Positions 63,520-64,000 of a stretch of DNA of 64,000 nt are shown one piece after another; position 1 is the first letter of the stretch; each line of letters begins with the position of its first letter. Source of the DNA: Methanobacteriota archaeon. GTDB lineage: Archaea; Thermoplasmatota; Poseidoniia; Poseidoniales; Thalassarchaeaceae. The stretch covers positions 3,217 to 67,216 of the forward strand of contig PBMO01000021.1 of NCBI GenBank assembly GCA_002722595.1. The letters run 5' to 3'. The notes beneath the pieces are model-generated. The model had not been told where the DNA came from, searched no databases, and worked only from the letters and a program-made list of their open reading frames with translations. Made by a program: the position numbers and the translations under genes.

Positions 63520-64000
63520 GTGCTCAACATCACAGTCGGTAAGGACGCAATCCATGAGTATGCAGATGGCACCACCGCAGGTGAAGTTATCCGCAACGTT
63601 CATGGAAAGAAATCAGGTGCAGTAGCCGCACTTATCGATGGAATACAACACGATTTCAGTCATGTATTGAGTGATGGACAAACAGTTGAACCAATACTGT
63701 CCGATTCAGAAGAAGGTTTGTACATACTCCGCCATTCTTGCGCTCACTTACTGGCTCAAGCAGTTGTTGAGATATTTCCAGAAGCAAAACCTACCATCGG
63801 GCCGCCAATTGAAAATGGGTTTTACTACGATTTCTGCATGAATCCTATTTCAGATGAAGACTTAAGGAAAATCGAGAAGCGTATGAAAGAAATTGTCAAA
63901 TCTAATATTCCAGTTCAGAGAGAAGAGTATGGTAACGAAACATTGCGAGGAATGTTTGCGAGCAATCCGTTCAAGATTGAAATAATGGACGACAAAATAG
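63520..64000 (+). CDS. thrS: Threonyl-tRNA synthetase, N-terminal part (TGS and editing domain start); 3' end cut by the window edge
   Basis: Hand translation from the GTG at 63520 gives VLNITVGKDAIHEYADGTTAGEV...ILRHSCAHLLAQAVVEIFPEAKPTIGPPIENGFYYDF. GGAGG lies 7 nt upstream. It is absent from the ORF track because no stop codon falls inside the window. Confidence 0.9.
   Translation, partial: MLNITVGKDAIHEYADGTTAGEVIRNVHGKKSGAVAALIDGIQHDFSHVLSDGQTVEPILSDSEEGLYILRHSCAHLLAQAVVEIFPEAKPTIGPPIENGFYYDFCMNPISDEDLRKIEKRMKEIVKSNIPVQREEYGNETLRGMFASNPFKIEIMDDKI

Noticed and set aside
1-64000. Short poly-acidic C-terminal tails on many unrelated proteins (signal peptidase ...KVEEE, surface protein ...EEGNEES, SdhA ...HEEEE, adhesin ...IIQEEE, DnaK ...DDDNDE, thermosome ...REEGD), considered as a shared degradation or sorting tag
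   Set aside because: Acidic tails are normal for DnaK and thermosomes, and the overall proteome here looks acidic. Without a statistical test against the whole proteome, this is most simply a compositional bias.

Overview
This is a gene-dense 64-kb window with about 58 protein genes and one tRNA. I recognised no rRNA, CRISPR array, transposase or integrase. The gene content is archaeal: thermosome, Cdc48/VCP, an Hjc-type resolvase, chromatin protein MC1, deoxyhypusine synthase, a Sec11-type signal peptidase and a class II photolyase. These sit alongside a bacterial-type DnaK, a C-A-B succinate dehydrogenase, carotenoid genes, secreted peptidases and very large surface proteins. I associate that mix with marine planktonic Thermoplasmatota (MGII/MGIII, Poseidoniales-like), but this is inference from gene content with no search run. 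Housekeeping blocks are pyrBI, pyrG, thrS (3' end cut by the window), sdhCAB, a speB-speH-dys polyamine/hypusine operon, thermosome/sHsp-like/DnaK, Cdc48 and tRNA-Gly(CCC). Genes are tightly packed with many 1-4 nt overlaps, and GGAGG/GAGGT motifs lie 6-10 nt upstream of many starts, several of which are TTG or GTG. The most interesting loci are listed here in order. (1) A Roadblock/LC7 gene is coupled to a 1091-aa coiled-coil giant that contains a second Roadblock-like segment plus a small 2-TM ORF, and no small GTPase is in the window (11782-15624). (2) A MoxR-less DUF4350-like/DUF58/polytopic-membrane module lies downstream of Cdc48 and a small PRC-barrel protein (15626-22391). (3) A divergent pair encodes an Hjc-like and a YqgF/RuvX-like nuclease (2435-3957). 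(4) A roughly 10-kb light/oxidative-stress island is bracketed by crtI and crtB. It holds an ABA4-like protein, an ABC1 kinase, a long TrmB-like regulator, two Bcp peroxiredoxins, a Nudix hydrolase, a photolyase and an SRPBCC-epimerase fusion (47679-58096). (5) dnaK is coupled to an sHsp-like protein rather than to grpE/dnaJ. (6) A cytoplasmic proline-rich protein with a 48-bp tandem-repeat array and a C-terminal SAP-like motif is bracketed by GC hairpins (62296-63505). All functional calls come from reading motifs in the supplied translations, and every homology statement needs confirmation by HMM or structure search.
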